DNA of 64,000 nt from Gammaproteobacteria bacterium (GTDB lineage Bacteria; Pseudomonadota; Gammaproteobacteria; Eutrophobiales; Eutrophobiaceae). Below are positions 1-9,647 of this stretch, one piece after another. The DNA lies in assembly GCA_965205955.1 (NCBI GenBank), contig OZ242192.1, forward strand, positions 2,128,658 through 2,192,657. Direction: 5' to 3'. The notes under the pieces are model-generated. The model was not told the origin of the DNA and ran no database searches. It saw only the letters and a program-made list of their open reading frames with translations. Within the stretch, counting starts at the first letter, position 1. Each line of letters starts with the position of its first letter. A program made the position numbers and the translations under genes.

Positions 1-1068
1 ATAAGCGGCCTTGCCGTTTGCGCGCTGGGTCATGCGCATCCGGCAATAAGCAAAACAATTTGCGAGCAGGCAGACAAAGTGCTGCATACCTCCAATCTGT
101 ACCGGATTGCGCTACAGGAGAAACTTGCGGAAAGACTGGCCGAAAAATCAGGCATGCAGAAGGTCTTCTTTGGCAACTCCGGCGCCGAGGCAAATGAAGC
201 GGCCATAAAACTGGCGCGACTGTACGGCAATCAGCAGGGCTACCGGCATTCAAAAATTATAGTCATGGAAGGAAGCTTCCACGGCAGGACCATGGCGGCA
301 TTGAGCGCTACGGGAAATAAACGGGCACATAAAGGTTTCGAACCCTTGGTACAGGGATTTATCCGTGTTCCGTATAATAATATAGATGCCCTAAAAAATA
401 CGATAGCGCAACACGACGAAATTGTTGCGGTGATGCTGGAGGCAATACAGGGAGAGGGCGGCATAGTCATTCCGGATAAGTCCTATTTGCGGCAAATCAG
501 GGCTTTATGCGATGAGAATAATATATTACTGATACTCGATGAGATTCAGACGGGTATGTGCCGCACCGGAAAATGGTTTGCCTGTCAGCATGAAGACATC
601 TTGCCGGATATTATGACTTTGGCCAAGGCGCTGGGCAACGGCGTCCCTATTGGCGCCTGCCTGGCCTCAGGGAAGAGCGCCGATTTATTTCAACCCGGCA
701 GCCATGGTTCGACATTTGGCGGGAATCCCTTGGCGGCGGCAGTGGGTTTGACCGTTATTGATACATTGGAGCGAGACAAACTCGATCAAAGGGCTGCATA
801 TCTCGGCGGCAGGATGAGGGAAAATTTTGATAGTGCGCTGGCAAACATCTCCGGGATCAGGGACATCCGGGGGAGGGGGCTGATGATTGGCATTGAACTG
901 GACAGAGACTGTACCGCACTGATCAGGCTTGCATTGGAACAGGGATTACTGATTAATGTAACTGCCGGAAAGACAATTCGCTTGCTGCCATCATTGATCA
1001 TCGGCGACGAAGAAGCCGATAAAATTGCCGAAAAAGTGTCCCGGCTTATCATTTCTTTCCTTGGATAA
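1..1068 (+). CDS. argD: acetylornithine aminotransferase (class III PLP aminotransferase), 5' end cut by window edge
   Basis: Frame 1 is open from nt 1 (ISGLAVCALGHAHPAISK...), upstream of the tracked Met at 79. Class-III aminotransferase motifs are present (LDEIQTGMCRTGKWFA, GSHGSTFGGNPLA). argF lies immediately downstream. Confidence 0.85.
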   Translation: MSGLAVCALGHAHPAISKTICEQADKVLHTSNLYRIALQEKLAERLAEKSGMQKVFFGNSGAEANEAAIKLARLYGNQQGYRHSKIIVMEGSFHGRTMAALSATGNKRAHKGFEPLVQGFIRVPYNNIDALKNTIAQHDEIVAVMLEAIQGEGGIVIPDKSYLRQIRALCDENNILLILDEIQTGMCRTGKWFACQHEDILPDIMTLAKALGNGVPIGACLASGKSADLFQPGSHGSTFGGNPLAAAVGLTVIDTLERDKLDQRAAYLGGRMRENFDSALANISGIRDIRGRGLMIGIELDRDCTALIRLALEQGLLINVTAGKTIRLLPSLIIGDEEADKIAEKVSRLIISFLG

Positions 1069-1077
1069 GTAGCTGCC

Positions 1078-2004
1078 ATGACGGTTCAACATTTTTTGAC
1101 TCTGGATGATCTAAGCCTGGATGAATTGCTTGGAATCATTGACAGGGCCATTGAACTAAAACGTTGTCATCGACAAAAACATCCCGTTAATTCATTGCAG
1201 GGCCGTACGCTGGCGATGATCTTCGAAAAATCATCAACCCGCACACGGGTTTCGTTTGAAGCGGGCATGGCGCAATTAGGGGGGCATGCGATATATCTTT
1301 CACCGGAAGGAACCCAATTGGGGCGCGGCGAACCGTTTGAAGATACCGCCCGGGTTTTATCCAGGATGGTCGATGCAGTAATGATTCGAACCTTTCAACA
1401 TGACAAAATTGAAAAATTTGCGGCGGCCTCTTCCGTACCCGTGATCAACGGACTTTCCGATACCTATCATCCATGCCAGTTACTGGGGGACATCCAAACC
1501 TATATCGAATATCGAGGTCCGATTAAAGACAAGCAGGTTGCCTGGCTGGGAGACGGCAACAATATGTGCCAGTCCTACATTAATGCCGCAAAGCTTTGCG
1601 GCTTCCATTTAAAAATCGCTTGTCCGAATAAATACATGCCCGATGCCGGTATAGTAGAATCTGCGGCGAATAATGTTGAAATATTCCACCGGCCGGAACA
1701 GGCAATTGCCGGCGCCGATTTAGTGGTAACCGACGTATGGACCAGCATGGGCAAGGAATCGGAATCCCGTGAACGCATGAAGGCATTCAAAGATTTTCAG
1801 GTGAATAGCAAACTTATGTCAAAGGCCAGCAAAAACGCCCTGTTTATGCATTGTCTTCCCGCACATCGTGGCAAGGAAGTCACGGCAAGCATCATCGATG
1901 GCGCTCAAAGTATCGTATGGGATGAGGCGGGCAATCGGCTGCATGCACAAAAGGCCCTGCTTGAATTTTTAATGATCAGGGATCCTCACGCTACTCCAAC
2001 GTAG
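1078..2004 (+). CDS. argF: ornithine carbamoyltransferase
   Basis: 308 aa with the carbamoyl-phosphate motif SSTRTRVSFE, the ornithine-site motifs HPCQLL and HCLPAHRG, and an arg gene context. Confidence 0.9.
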   Translation: MTVQHFLTLDDLSLDELLGIIDRAIELKRCHRQKHPVNSLQGRTLAMIFEKSSTRTRVSFEAGMAQLGGHAIYLSPEGTQLGRGEPFEDTARVLSRMVDAVMIRTFQHDKIEKFAAASSVPVINGLSDTYHPCQLLGDIQTYIEYRGPIKDKQVAWLGDGNNMCQSYINAAKLCGFHLKIACPNKYMPDAGIVESAANNVEIFHRPEQAIAGADLVVTDVWTSMGKESESRERMKAFKDFQVNSKLMSKASKNALFMHCLPAHRGKEVTASIIDGAQSIVWDEAGNRLHAQKALLEFLMIRDPHATPT

Positions 2005-2021
2005 CCGAACGAGTCCGGTCC

Positions 2022-2771
2022 GTGCATTTTTTATTGAGTAATGATGACGGTTATCAGGCGCCAGGCTTATCGAGTCTGGCGAACGCATTGAAAAAATTAG
2101 GCAAGGTGACCGTAGTCGCTCCGGATAGAGACCGCAGTGGCGCCAGCAATTCCCTGACACTGGATGCGCCCTTGCGGGTGAACTCGGATAATCGCGGCTT
2201 TTATTATGTAAACGGCACCCCGACGGATTGTGTGCATCTGGCCATTACCGGACTGCTTGATGAAGAACCGGATATGGTGATTAGCGGCATCAATTCCGGC
2301 GCCAATCTTGGTGATGATGTGCTGTATTCCGGCACCGTAGCGGCGGCAATGGAGGGAAGATTTCTGGGCTGTCCGGCAATTGCCTTCTCACTGGCAGGGG
2401 AACATCCGACAAATTTCGATAATGCCATTACACTATCACTGCCATTGATAAATAAGGTGATTAACTCCATCGGCAAAGAGGATTTATTATTGAATATAAA
2501 TATCCCCGATGCTGATATTGCCGCCGTTCAAGGCTATGAAGTTACCCGTCTTGGCAATCGCCACAAATCAGAGCCGGCACAAAGCGCACGGGACCCAAAA
2601 GGGGAAAAAGTGTACTGGGTGGGGCCGGTAGGACAGGAACAGGATGGCGGGCCAGGCACTGATTTTCATGCCATTAAATGCAATAAAGTTTCAATAACAC
2701 CACTACAAATCGATCTGACCGGGCACGCCATGATCGACCGGGTTAAAAATCTATTAGCAGAGCTCGAATGA
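2022..2771 (+). CDS. surE: 5'/3'-nucleotidase SurE
   Basis: GTG start. N-terminus [15 protein letters not shown] and motif [24 protein letters not shown]. Part of the classic surE-pcm-nlpD-rpoS order. Confidence 0.9.
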   Translation: MHFLLSNDDGYQAPGLSSLANALKKLGKVTVVAPDRDRSGASNSLTLDAPLRVNSDNRGFYYVNGTPTDCVHLAITGLLDEEPDMVISGINSGANLGDDVLYSGTVAAAMEGRFLGCPAIAFSLAGEHPTNFDNAITLSLPLINKVINSIGKEDLLLNINIPDADIAAVQGYEVTRLGNRHKSEPAQSARDPKGEKVYWVGPVGQEQDGGPGTDFHAIKCNKVSITPLQIDLTGHAMIDRVKNLLAELE

Positions 2772-3433
2772 TGAATATCAGGCACAGCGGAATAGGCATG
2801 ACTTCACAGCGGGCACGCGACCGCCTTATAACCAGACTTGAAGAAATGGGGATCCAGTCAGAATTGGTGCTGGAAACAATCAGATCGACACCGCGGCATT
2901 TATTTGTTGACGAAGCTCTGGCAAGTCGAACCTATGAAAATACAGCCTTGCCCATAGGCTTCAATCAAACCATCTCGCAGCCCTATGTAGTGGCCAGGAT
3001 GGTTGAAGCAGTTATCGGTGACGAACCCTTGGATAAGGCGCTTGAAGTAGGCACCGGTTGCGGCTATCAATCCGTCATACTGGCGCAGCTTGCCAGGCAG
3101 GTTTATACACTGGAACGGCTCAACCCTCTATTAATACGGGCGAAAAAGCGCTTTTATATGCTGAAATATAATAATATACGCTCAATGAATGGTGACGGAA
3201 CCCAGGGGTGGTCCAGATATGCCCCCTATAACGCAATTGTAGTGTCAGCGGCGCCAATTGGCGTACCCATTGCCCTGCGCGAGCAACTTGCTATCGATGG
3301 CAGGCTGGTGATACCGGTAGGTAAAGCGGGAAAACAGAGGCTGCTTTTAATCACCCGCAGGAAAAATGGATTTGAAGAAGAAATCCTTGATTGGGTCAGT
3401 TTTGTGCCCCTGCTCGCAGGAATAGATCATTGA
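2768..3433 (+). CDS. pcm: protein-L-isoaspartate O-methyltransferase
   Basis: 221 aa with [13 protein letters not shown] and the SAM-binding motif [15 protein letters not shown]. 4-nt ATGA overlap with surE. Confidence 0.9.
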   Translation: MMNIRHSGIGMTSQRARDRLITRLEEMGIQSELVLETIRSTPRHLFVDEALASRTYENTALPIGFNQTISQPYVVARMVEAVIGDEPLDKALEVGTGCGYQSVILAQLARQVYTLERLNPLLIRAKKRFYMLKYNNIRSMNGDGTQGWSRYAPYNAIVVSAAPIGVPIALREQLAIDGRLVIPVGKAGKQRLLLITRRKNGFEEEILDWVSFVPLLAGIDH

Positions 3434-4263
3434 TTTCCGTTGACAGTACGGCAAAACATTTTACCACGCTCGTGCTTGCCGCCCTGCTCGTATTTGCGGA
3501 CGGATGCACAACGGCGACGGCGCCGGTAGTATCAGAAACGAATGCCCGGAAGATCGAGGAACCCAGCCCCCCTGCCCCTCCGGCCTCCGCCCCCGTAGCG
3601 CAACAAAAACGCCCGCCGCAATCCGGCTATCATATCGTCGACAAGGGAGATACCCTGTATTCAATTGCCTGGCGATATAATCTTGACTATCTTGATTTAG
3701 CAGCGTGGAATGATATAGGGGAGTCTTATATTATTTACCCAAAGCAGGTTTTGCGCCTGAAATCCGGGTTGACACAGCTAAAAGCCGAATCACTCAAACC
3801 AAAAACCCCGCCGGAAAAACCTCCTGTTGCCGAGCCGGTTCCACCGAAAAAAAAAATTGCAGACCTCACACCGCAAAACACAAAAAAAGGCCCGCCCGAA
3901 TGGATATGGCCGACATCGGGAAAGATTGTGAAATCCGATTCTCCAACATCCAGGAACGGAATAAATATCGTCGGTCAACATGGCCAACTCATCAAAGCCT
4001 CCGCTTCCGGAGAAGTTGTATACAGCGGCAATGGAATTTTGGGCTATGGAAACCTTATCATTATCAAGCATAATAAAACCTATTTGAGCGCCTATGCCCA
4101 TAATAGCGAGTTATTGGTCGAAGAAGGGGCAAAAGTGTCAGCAGGACAGAAAATTTCAAAAATGGGGAGGGGGCATAGCAACCAGGCCCTGCTGTATTTT
4201 GAAATCAGGAAGCGCGGTAAGCCAGCCAACCCCTTGGACTATCTGCCCAAAAGTCCCTCGTAA
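3430..4263 (+). CDS. nlpD: LysM + M23 peptidase lipoprotein (NlpD-like murein hydrolase activator)
   Basis: LysM segment ([28 protein letters not shown]), a Pro-rich linker and a C-terminal M23 segment ([26 protein letters not shown]). Hydrophobic leader ending ...LVFADGC. The start is uncertain: the TTG at 3430 overlaps the pcm stop, while the tracked ORF starts at 3391 inside pcm. Confidence 0.8.
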   Translation: MISVDSTAKHFTTLVLAALLVFADGCTTATAPVVSETNARKIEEPSPPAPPASAPVAQQKRPPQSGYHIVDKGDTLYSIAWRYNLDYLDLAAWNDIGESYIIYPKQVLRLKSGLTQLKAESLKPKTPPEKPPVAEPVPPKKKIADLTPQNTKKGPPEWIWPTSGKIVKSDSPTSRNGINIVGQHGQLIKASASGEVVYSGNGILGYGNLIIIKHNKTYLSAYAHNSELLVEEGAKVSAGQKISKMGRGHSNQALLYFEIRKRGKPANPLDYLPKSPS

Positions 4264-4359
4264 AAAACGATCGGCTCAGATCCCTGATAAATTAGGCGCA
4301 AAGACAGTGAAAACCAACAGCGGGAAAACAATAGCGGTGAAGAGATCAGGATAAAGAGG

Positions 4360-5241
4360 GTGGGCAAAAAAAAGAAGGCGCAATCCAAGGCATCTATGCA
4401 AAGAAAGATGGATGCGACCCGCCTATACCTCAACGAAATAGGATTCTCTCCTCTACTGACCGAAGAAGAGGAAGTGTACTTTACACGCAAATTCAGGAAA
4501 GGAGATGACGACGCCAGAAAAAAAATGATAGAAAGCAATCTGCGCCTGGTGGTAAAGATTGCAAGACGCTACGCAGGCAGAGGACTCGCCCTGTTGGACC
4601 TGATTGAAGAAGGCAATCTGGGATTGATGCGCGCAGTTGAGAAATTCGATGCAGAAAGAGGATGCCGTTTCTCGACCTATGCAACATGGTGGATTAGACA
4701 AACTATTGAACGGGCACTGATCAATCAAACCCGCACAGTCAGGCTGCCCATTCATATCGTCAAAGAGATCAACATTTATTTGCGCGCCGCCCGGAAATTA
4801 TCGCAAACACTTGATCACGAACCGAGTCCGAAAGATGTTGCCGAACTGCTGGATCAGCCTGTAGAGGAGGTAAAAAAGATACTGGGATTAAATGAAAGAA
4901 TTACCTCGGCAGATTCCCAAAGTACGCGTGATTCATCCAAACCACTGATCGACACAATTCCCGATGAACAAAATACCGATCCGGCGCTATTATTGCAGAA
5001 TAGCGATATTCGGAAACATATTGATGCCTGGTTAGCCCAGTTAAGCGACCAACAATGCGCTGTTGTGGAACGACGGTTTGGTTTACGCGATAAAGACATA
5101 TATACACTGGATGATGTGAGCAGCGAACTGGGTATTACCCGTGAACGCGTGAGACAAATTCAAATCGAGGCGATAAAGCGTTTGTACCGTATCCTCAAGA
5201 GAGAAGGCTTTTCTCCTGAAATATTATTTACTGAAAACTAA
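4360..5241 (+). CDS. rpoS: RNA polymerase sigma factor RpoS (sigma-38)
   Basis: 293 aa with sigma-70 region 2 ([26 protein letters not shown]) and region 4 ([19 protein letters not shown]). Small size and position right after nlpD. Start is GTG at 4360 or ATG at 4396. Confidence 0.85.
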   Translation: MGKKKKAQSKASMQRKMDATRLYLNEIGFSPLLTEEEEVYFTRKFRKGDDDARKKMIESNLRLVVKIARRYAGRGLALLDLIEEGNLGLMRAVEKFDAERGCRFSTYATWWIRQTIERALINQTRTVRLPIHIVKEINIYLRAARKLSQTLDHEPSPKDVAELLDQPVEEVKKILGLNERITSADSQSTRDSSKPLIDTIPDEQNTDPALLLQNSDIRKHIDAWLAQLSDQQCAVVERRFGLRDKDIYTLDDVSSELGITRERVRQIQIEAIKRLYRILKREGFSPEILFTEN

Positions 5242-5621
5242 TCTGCTCCCGGCAGCAGCAGCCCGGCTACCACCTTGCGGCCTTCATCCAATAACAGGTT
5301 ATAGCAACGGCAGGCACCGCCGCTATCCATATACTCTATCCCAATGTCTTTAGCCAAGGCGATAGCGCTATATTCCTCCGGTAAAAATTTTATACCTATA
5401 CCAGAGCCTATGATGATGATTTCCGGATCGAGCGCAATGATTTGTTCAATATGCGCCAGCATAATCTGGTCAAATGTGTGCACCGGCCACGGGGCGATCA
5501 ACTCTTTTGCCGAAATAATAATACCGGTCGAATAAACATGTTCATTTACAGTAAATGAGTCCTCTGAATACGAGGATATTGTATTGAAATCATCATTGCC
5601 AAGCGTTAACTCGATTTTCAT
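5238..5621 (-). CDS. Mth938-like (DUF498) domain protein
   Basis: 127 aa. The size and the pattern ...[16 protein letters not shown]...[16 protein letters not shown] fit the Mth938/NDUFAF3-like family. Called from memory of the family pattern only. Confidence 0.55.
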   Translation of the reverse strand: MKIELTLGNDDFNTISSYSEDSFTVNEHVYSTGIIISAKELIAPWPVHTFDQIMLAHIEQIIALDPEIIIIGSGIGIKFLPEEYSAIALAKDIGIEYMDSGGACRCYNLLLDEGRKVVAGLLLPGAD

Positions 5622-5699
5622 TTGTATTTGAACTGCTTATAATACTGTCAAAACCTTAGACAGCGTATCACTTAGATAATAACCACGGTAGAAAACAAT

Positions 5700-6356
5700 A
5701 TGAAATTAATTATATTAGGCCCGCCAGGTGCGGGAAAAGGAACACAGGCATCTTTTATCAAAGACAGATACTCTATCCCGAAGATTTCCACCGGAGATAT
5801 GCTACGTGCCGCCGTTAACTCGGGAGTCGGAGCCGAAGTGAAGGAAGTGCTGGCTTCCGGGGCATTGGTCTCCGATGATTTAATTCTCGGACTGGTTAAA
5901 GAAAGAATCAAGCAGGATGATTGTAAAAATGGGTACCTGTTTGATGGTTTCCCAAGGAATATTCTCCAGGCGGAAGGAATAGCGGCTGCAAATATAAACA
6001 TCGACTGCATCATTGAAATACAGGTGGATGATCAAGAGATCATCAAGCGCATCAGCGGCCGGAGGATACATGCCGAGTCGGGAAGAATCTATCATATTGA
6101 ATACAATCCCCCCAAAGAGCAGGACAAAGATGATGTCACCGGTGAACCGCTCACTCAGCGTGAAGATGACTACGAGGATACAGTAAGAAAGAGATTACAA
6201 ATTTATCACGATCAAACCAGACCGTTAATAGACTATTATTTTTCCAAGTCGCACAAAAACGAAGGAAATCATATTGGGTATATAAAAGCAGACGGTATGC
6301 AAGAGATGACCGCCGTTTCTGAATATATCATTCGGGAATTGGATAAAAATATATAA
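5700..6356 (+). CDS. adk: adenylate kinase
   Basis: 218 aa with P-loop [31 protein letters not shown] and an RxDD-type lid lacking Cys. Confidence 0.92.
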   Translation: MKLIILGPPGAGKGTQASFIKDRYSIPKISTGDMLRAAVNSGVGAEVKEVLASGALVSDDLILGLVKERIKQDDCKNGYLFDGFPRNILQAEGIAAANINIDCIIEIQVDDQEIIKRISGRRIHAESGRIYHIEYNPPKEQDKDDVTGEPLTQREDDYEDTVRKRLQIYHDQTRPLIDYYFSKSHKNEGNHIGYIKADGMQEMTAVSEYIIRELDKNI

Positions 6357-6460
6357 ACCGTTTTTTATATAAAAAAGTAAATTTTAGCTCTGGTATTTGT
6401 CAGGACTGTTATATATTATTACTTGTTCAATCCATTTGCATTTCAGGGGAGTTTTGAATC

Positions 6461-6706
6461 ATGGCCAAAAAGACCGCGAAAAAACAGGTGGCTAAAAAGA
6501 AAGTAGCCAGGAAAAAAGTTGCAAAGAAAGTAGCCAGGAAAAAGGTTGCAAAGAAAGTAACCAGGAAAAAGGTTGCAAAGAAAGTAGCCAGGAAAAAGAC
6601 TGCAAAGAAAGTAGCCAGGAAAAAGACTGCAAAGAAAGTAGCCAGGAAAAAGGTTGCAAAGAAAGTAGTCAGGAAAAAAGCCAAAAAGAAAGCCGCTAAA
6701 AAATAA
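6461..6706 (+). CDS. Lys/Ala-rich histone H1-like (AlgP-type repeat) basic protein
   Basis: 81 aa composed almost entirely of about 7 copies of a 9-aa (27-bp) unit, AKKVARKKV. An ATG start follows an A/T-rich leader. The antisense ORF 6427..6720 is the mirror image of the repeat. Confidence 0.6.
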   Translation: MAKKTAKKQVAKKKVARKKVAKKVARKKVAKKVTRKKVAKKVARKKTAKKVARKKTAKKVARKKVAKKVVRKKAKKKAAKK

Positions 6707-6959
6707 CGCATCCTCGCCAATCCCGGAAAGGCTCTCTGTATAGAAGAGAGTCCTTGGAGGCAGCCAGGAGGCTGATCATGGAATTTAGCTCAGGTTAAAT
6801 TTCAATAACACAAATTATCGGCATTACCTTCCGGCGGGGTCTTTATGGCCTTACCGGATCGGTATTCAATGCGCTGCCTTCAGCCAGATATTGCGCAAAG
6901 CACTCTCATTGAAGCGGCTTTGTTCAAACTCGATCAAGCCCTATAGGAAAAAACCAAGG

Positions 6960-8360
6960 TTACTCGGAATAACATTCCACTGTATAACGCCATGCGCGCT
7001 CGATGGGTTCATTATCGCCGATATGCGCTTTTCTCTTTAATTCTTCCACAAACCTCTTCGGATCCGGCAAAGCTTCCCATACCACGGGTAAAAACGTAGC
7101 CGTTTTTCCACATTTCTCAATGATCAGTCCATCCTCTCCCGGGTTTAATTGGACAAGCAAATCAACTTCATTATCAAAGTGAATCGGCGATTTTTGGCTA
7201 AGAACTGAAAGACTGATCGATATGCCCCGGTATTCATCTTGCGTCAAGGATTCGAATCTCGAATCACGAAATGCAGCGGCAAATGCACTATTGGCAACCG
7301 CGTCAAGCAATGATGCAGTGGCCTCGGTGTTACCAACACAGCCCCGTAGTGTATTGCCCAGGTGCAAGGTGACAAATACGGCATATTTTGCATGCAACTC
7401 CGATGGATACTCTTGTGGCAGAGGTTTACAGGGCCCGCTCCCAGTAAGACCGCTTTCTATGCTTTTTCGTGCAAGTTGAAATAAATACCGCTTTGCCTGC
7501 GCACTCAGGAGCGTTTCACTCAATGCAAATGCGCTATAACCCACAACACGATCCCGGTCGCCGGCAGTATCACCGGAGTTGCATCGGTCAAGTAAATCGA
7601 CATGCATATTTTTTTGTTTAGCCAGCAATAGCAGACCCCGTATAGGCATATAGCCACAGGCTCGCTTAGAATCGATTTCCTGAAAATTAAAGCCGGATAT
7701 CAAATCACAAGTTTCACTATCAATCCGGTTGGCCATGCCATAATCATGATAATGGCTCAGATCAGAGCTGATCACTATCAACGTATGTTCGTCCCCCCAT
7801 AACTCCTCCAGAACATTGGCAACCTGGGTCGGTTCAGAATCGCCGACAAGCGCCGGCACAAGTGTAAAATTGCCTATAACCGATTGCAGAAAAGGCAAAT
7901 GCACTTCAAGGCTATGCTCCTGCGCATGGGCCGCATCATGATAATGCACATAATCAAATTGATCGATTTGCCCCTGGCTCTTTATATCTATTGCAACATT
8001 GCCCAATGGAGTTGAAAAACAGGCTGCCGTACTCAATGCGATACCGTGCGTATAGACACGATGCGCAGGACCCAGCAGAATCACACGAGAGATTGTATCT
8101 TTGACCGGCCGTAAACCAGCATAAGCCCTGGCGGCCGTCGGCCCGGAGTAGATATAACCGGCATGAGGCGCAATAATTGCTTTAGCAGGGTGAACCGGGT
8201 GGCGAACATTATTCAGCAGCTGCGCCACAGTATCATGCAGAGTGGAGGGATCGCCGGGATAAAAAGATCCCGCAACAGCCGCCGGCCGAACCGATGCGCC
8301 TTTCCCAGGCGAGTTCAAATGAGCCACGCTATTACCTTCCCTTTTCATTACAGAGGACAT
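6960..8360 (-). CDS. AmmeMemoRadiSam system fusion protein: N-terminal Memo-like (protein B) + C-terminal AMMECR1 (protein A)
   Basis: 466 aa. The N-terminal half has Memo1-type motifs (VAGSFYPGDP, IIAPHAGYIYSG, ISSDLSHY). The C-terminal half has the AMMECR1 motif (LRGCVGN...). It is divergent from the partner radical SAM gene. Confidence 0.75.
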   Translation of the reverse strand: MSSVMKREGNSVAHLNSPGKGASVRPAAVAGSFYPGDPSTLHDTVAQLLNNVRHPVHPAKAIIAPHAGYIYSGPTAARAYAGLRPVKDTISRVILLGPAHRVYTHGIALSTAACFSTPLGNVAIDIKSQGQIDQFDYVHYHDAAHAQEHSLEVHLPFLQSVIGNFTLVPALVGDSEPTQVANVLEELWGDEHTLIVISSDLSHYHDYGMANRIDSETCDLISGFNFQEIDSKRACGYMPIRGLLLLAKQKNMHVDLLDRCNSGDTAGDRDRVVGYSAFALSETLLSAQAKRYLFQLARKSIESGLTGSGPCKPLPQEYPSELHAKYAVFVTLHLGNTLRGCVGNTEATASLLDAVANSAFAAAFRDSRFESLTQDEYRGISISLSVLSQKSPIHFDNEVDLLVQLNPGEDGLIIEKCGKTATFLPVVWEALPDPKRFVEELKRKAHIGDNEPIERAWRYTVECYSE

Positions 8361-8389
8361 ATTCTACCCTATTATGGGTTACGTAGGGT

Positions 8390-9484
8390 ATGGTTATGCA
8401 AACAGTAGTCCCGACAAAATACTGGCACGTGCTGGAAGACGACAGAATTCAGTGTGATCTGTGCCCGCGCGCCTGCAAAATGAAAGAAGGGCAAAGAGGT
8501 CTTTGTTTTGTCCGCGCATGCCAGGATCAACAAATTGTATTGACCACCTACGGCCGTTCGAGCGGTTTTTGTATTGATCCCATTGAAAAAAAACCGCTGA
8601 ATCACTTTTATCCCGGCACACCGGTGCTTTCCTTTGGGACGGCCGGCTGCAATCTGGCTTGTAAATTCTGTCAGAATTGGGACATCAGCAAATCGCGGGA
8701 AATGGACACATTGGCCGATTCGGCGGCTCCGGAAGTTCTTGCCGATGCCGCGCAAAAACTGGGCTGCAAGAGTATCGCCTTCACCTATAACGATCCGGTG
8801 ATATTTCACGAATATGCAATCGATGTTGCCCAGGCATGCCGTGCGGCAGGGATACAATCCGTTGCCGTCAGCGCCGGCTACGTTTGCCCTGAGCCGAGGA
8901 TGGAATTTTATCAATACATGGATGCCGTCAACATAGATTTGAAGGCATTTACTGAAAAATTCTATAAACACATTACCGGAAGCCAACTGCAAATAGTGCT
9001 TGAAACCCTGGAATACTTAAAAAAAGAAACGAAGGTCTGGCTGGAAATCACCAATCTGTTGATCCCGGATGAAAACGACTCCGAGCAGGAAATAGAAGCG
9101 ATGACTCAATGGATAATCGAAACCCTTGGGCCGGATGTGCCGGTTCATTTCTCCGCCTTTCATCCTGATTGGAAAATGCAAAACAAAGCACGAACGCCGC
9201 CACAGACATTGACGCGCGCTCGCAACATCGCCGTCAAAAACGGCATTCGCTACGCATACACCGGCAATGTGCATGATGAAGAAGGCGACACCACCAATTG
9301 TCACACATGTGGCGAACCATTAATCGTCAGAGATTGGTACCAACTCAAGCAATGGCGATTGATAAACAAAGATCAATGCCCAAACTGTGGAACCCGGTGT
9401 GCCGGACATTTTTCGGAACGCCCCGGAAATTGGGGGGCGAAACGCACACCGGTAAATTTAAAGTATTATCCGGCCAAACAATGA
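8390..9484 (+). CDS. amrS: AmmeMemoRadiSam system radical SAM enzyme
   Basis: 364 aa with the radical SAM cluster motif GCNLACKFCQNW and an N-terminal Cys pair (CDLCPRAC). Adjacent to the Memo/AMMECR1 fusion. Confidence 0.8.
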   Translation: MVMQTVVPTKYWHVLEDDRIQCDLCPRACKMKEGQRGLCFVRACQDQQIVLTTYGRSSGFCIDPIEKKPLNHFYPGTPVLSFGTAGCNLACKFCQNWDISKSREMDTLADSAAPEVLADAAQKLGCKSIAFTYNDPVIFHEYAIDVAQACRAAGIQSVAVSAGYVCPEPRMEFYQYMDAVNIDLKAFTEKFYKHITGSQLQIVLETLEYLKKETKVWLEITNLLIPDENDSEQEIEAMTQWIIETLGPDVPVHFSAFHPDWKMQNKARTPPQTLTRARNIAVKNGIRYAYTGNVHDEEGDTTNCHTCGEPLIVRDWYQLKQWRLINKDQCPNCGTRCAGHFSERPGNWGAKRTPVNLKYYPAKQ

Positions 9485-9546
9485 TTGAAGTGTATCATTC
9501 GGCCACCTGTCCACTCACTTACAGGCCATATACATACTGGTACTAA

Positions 9547-9623
9547 TGGTGGGCCCGGCAGGACTCGAACCTGCGACCAATGGATTATGAGTCCACGGCT
9601 CTAACCAGCTGAGCTACAGGCCC
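9547..9623 (-). tRNA. ileX: tRNA with CAU anticodon, most likely tRNA-Ile2 (lysidine-modified) rather than tRNA-Met
   Basis: The 77-nt cloverleaf read on the minus strand is GGGCCTG-TA-GCTCAGCTGGTTAGAGC-C-GTGGA-CTCATAA-TCCAT-TGGTC-GCAGG-TTCGAGT-CCTGC-CGGGCCC-A-CCA. It has C4-G69 and C5-G68 in the acceptor stem and a G27.U43 wobble. As I recall, these are TilS identity elements of E. coli tRNA-Ile2. It lies just downstream of rpoD. Confidence 0.9.
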
Positions 9624-9647
9624 AAAACCAGACAGACTGCGCACCGG

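Noticed and set aside
6427-6720. A 97-aa minus-strand ORF (FFLATFFA repeats) opposite the Lys-rich gene.
   Set aside because: It is the mirror image of the 27-bp repeat. The plus-strand Lys/Ala-rich reading has an ATG and resembles a known protein class, but the strand choice is not proven.
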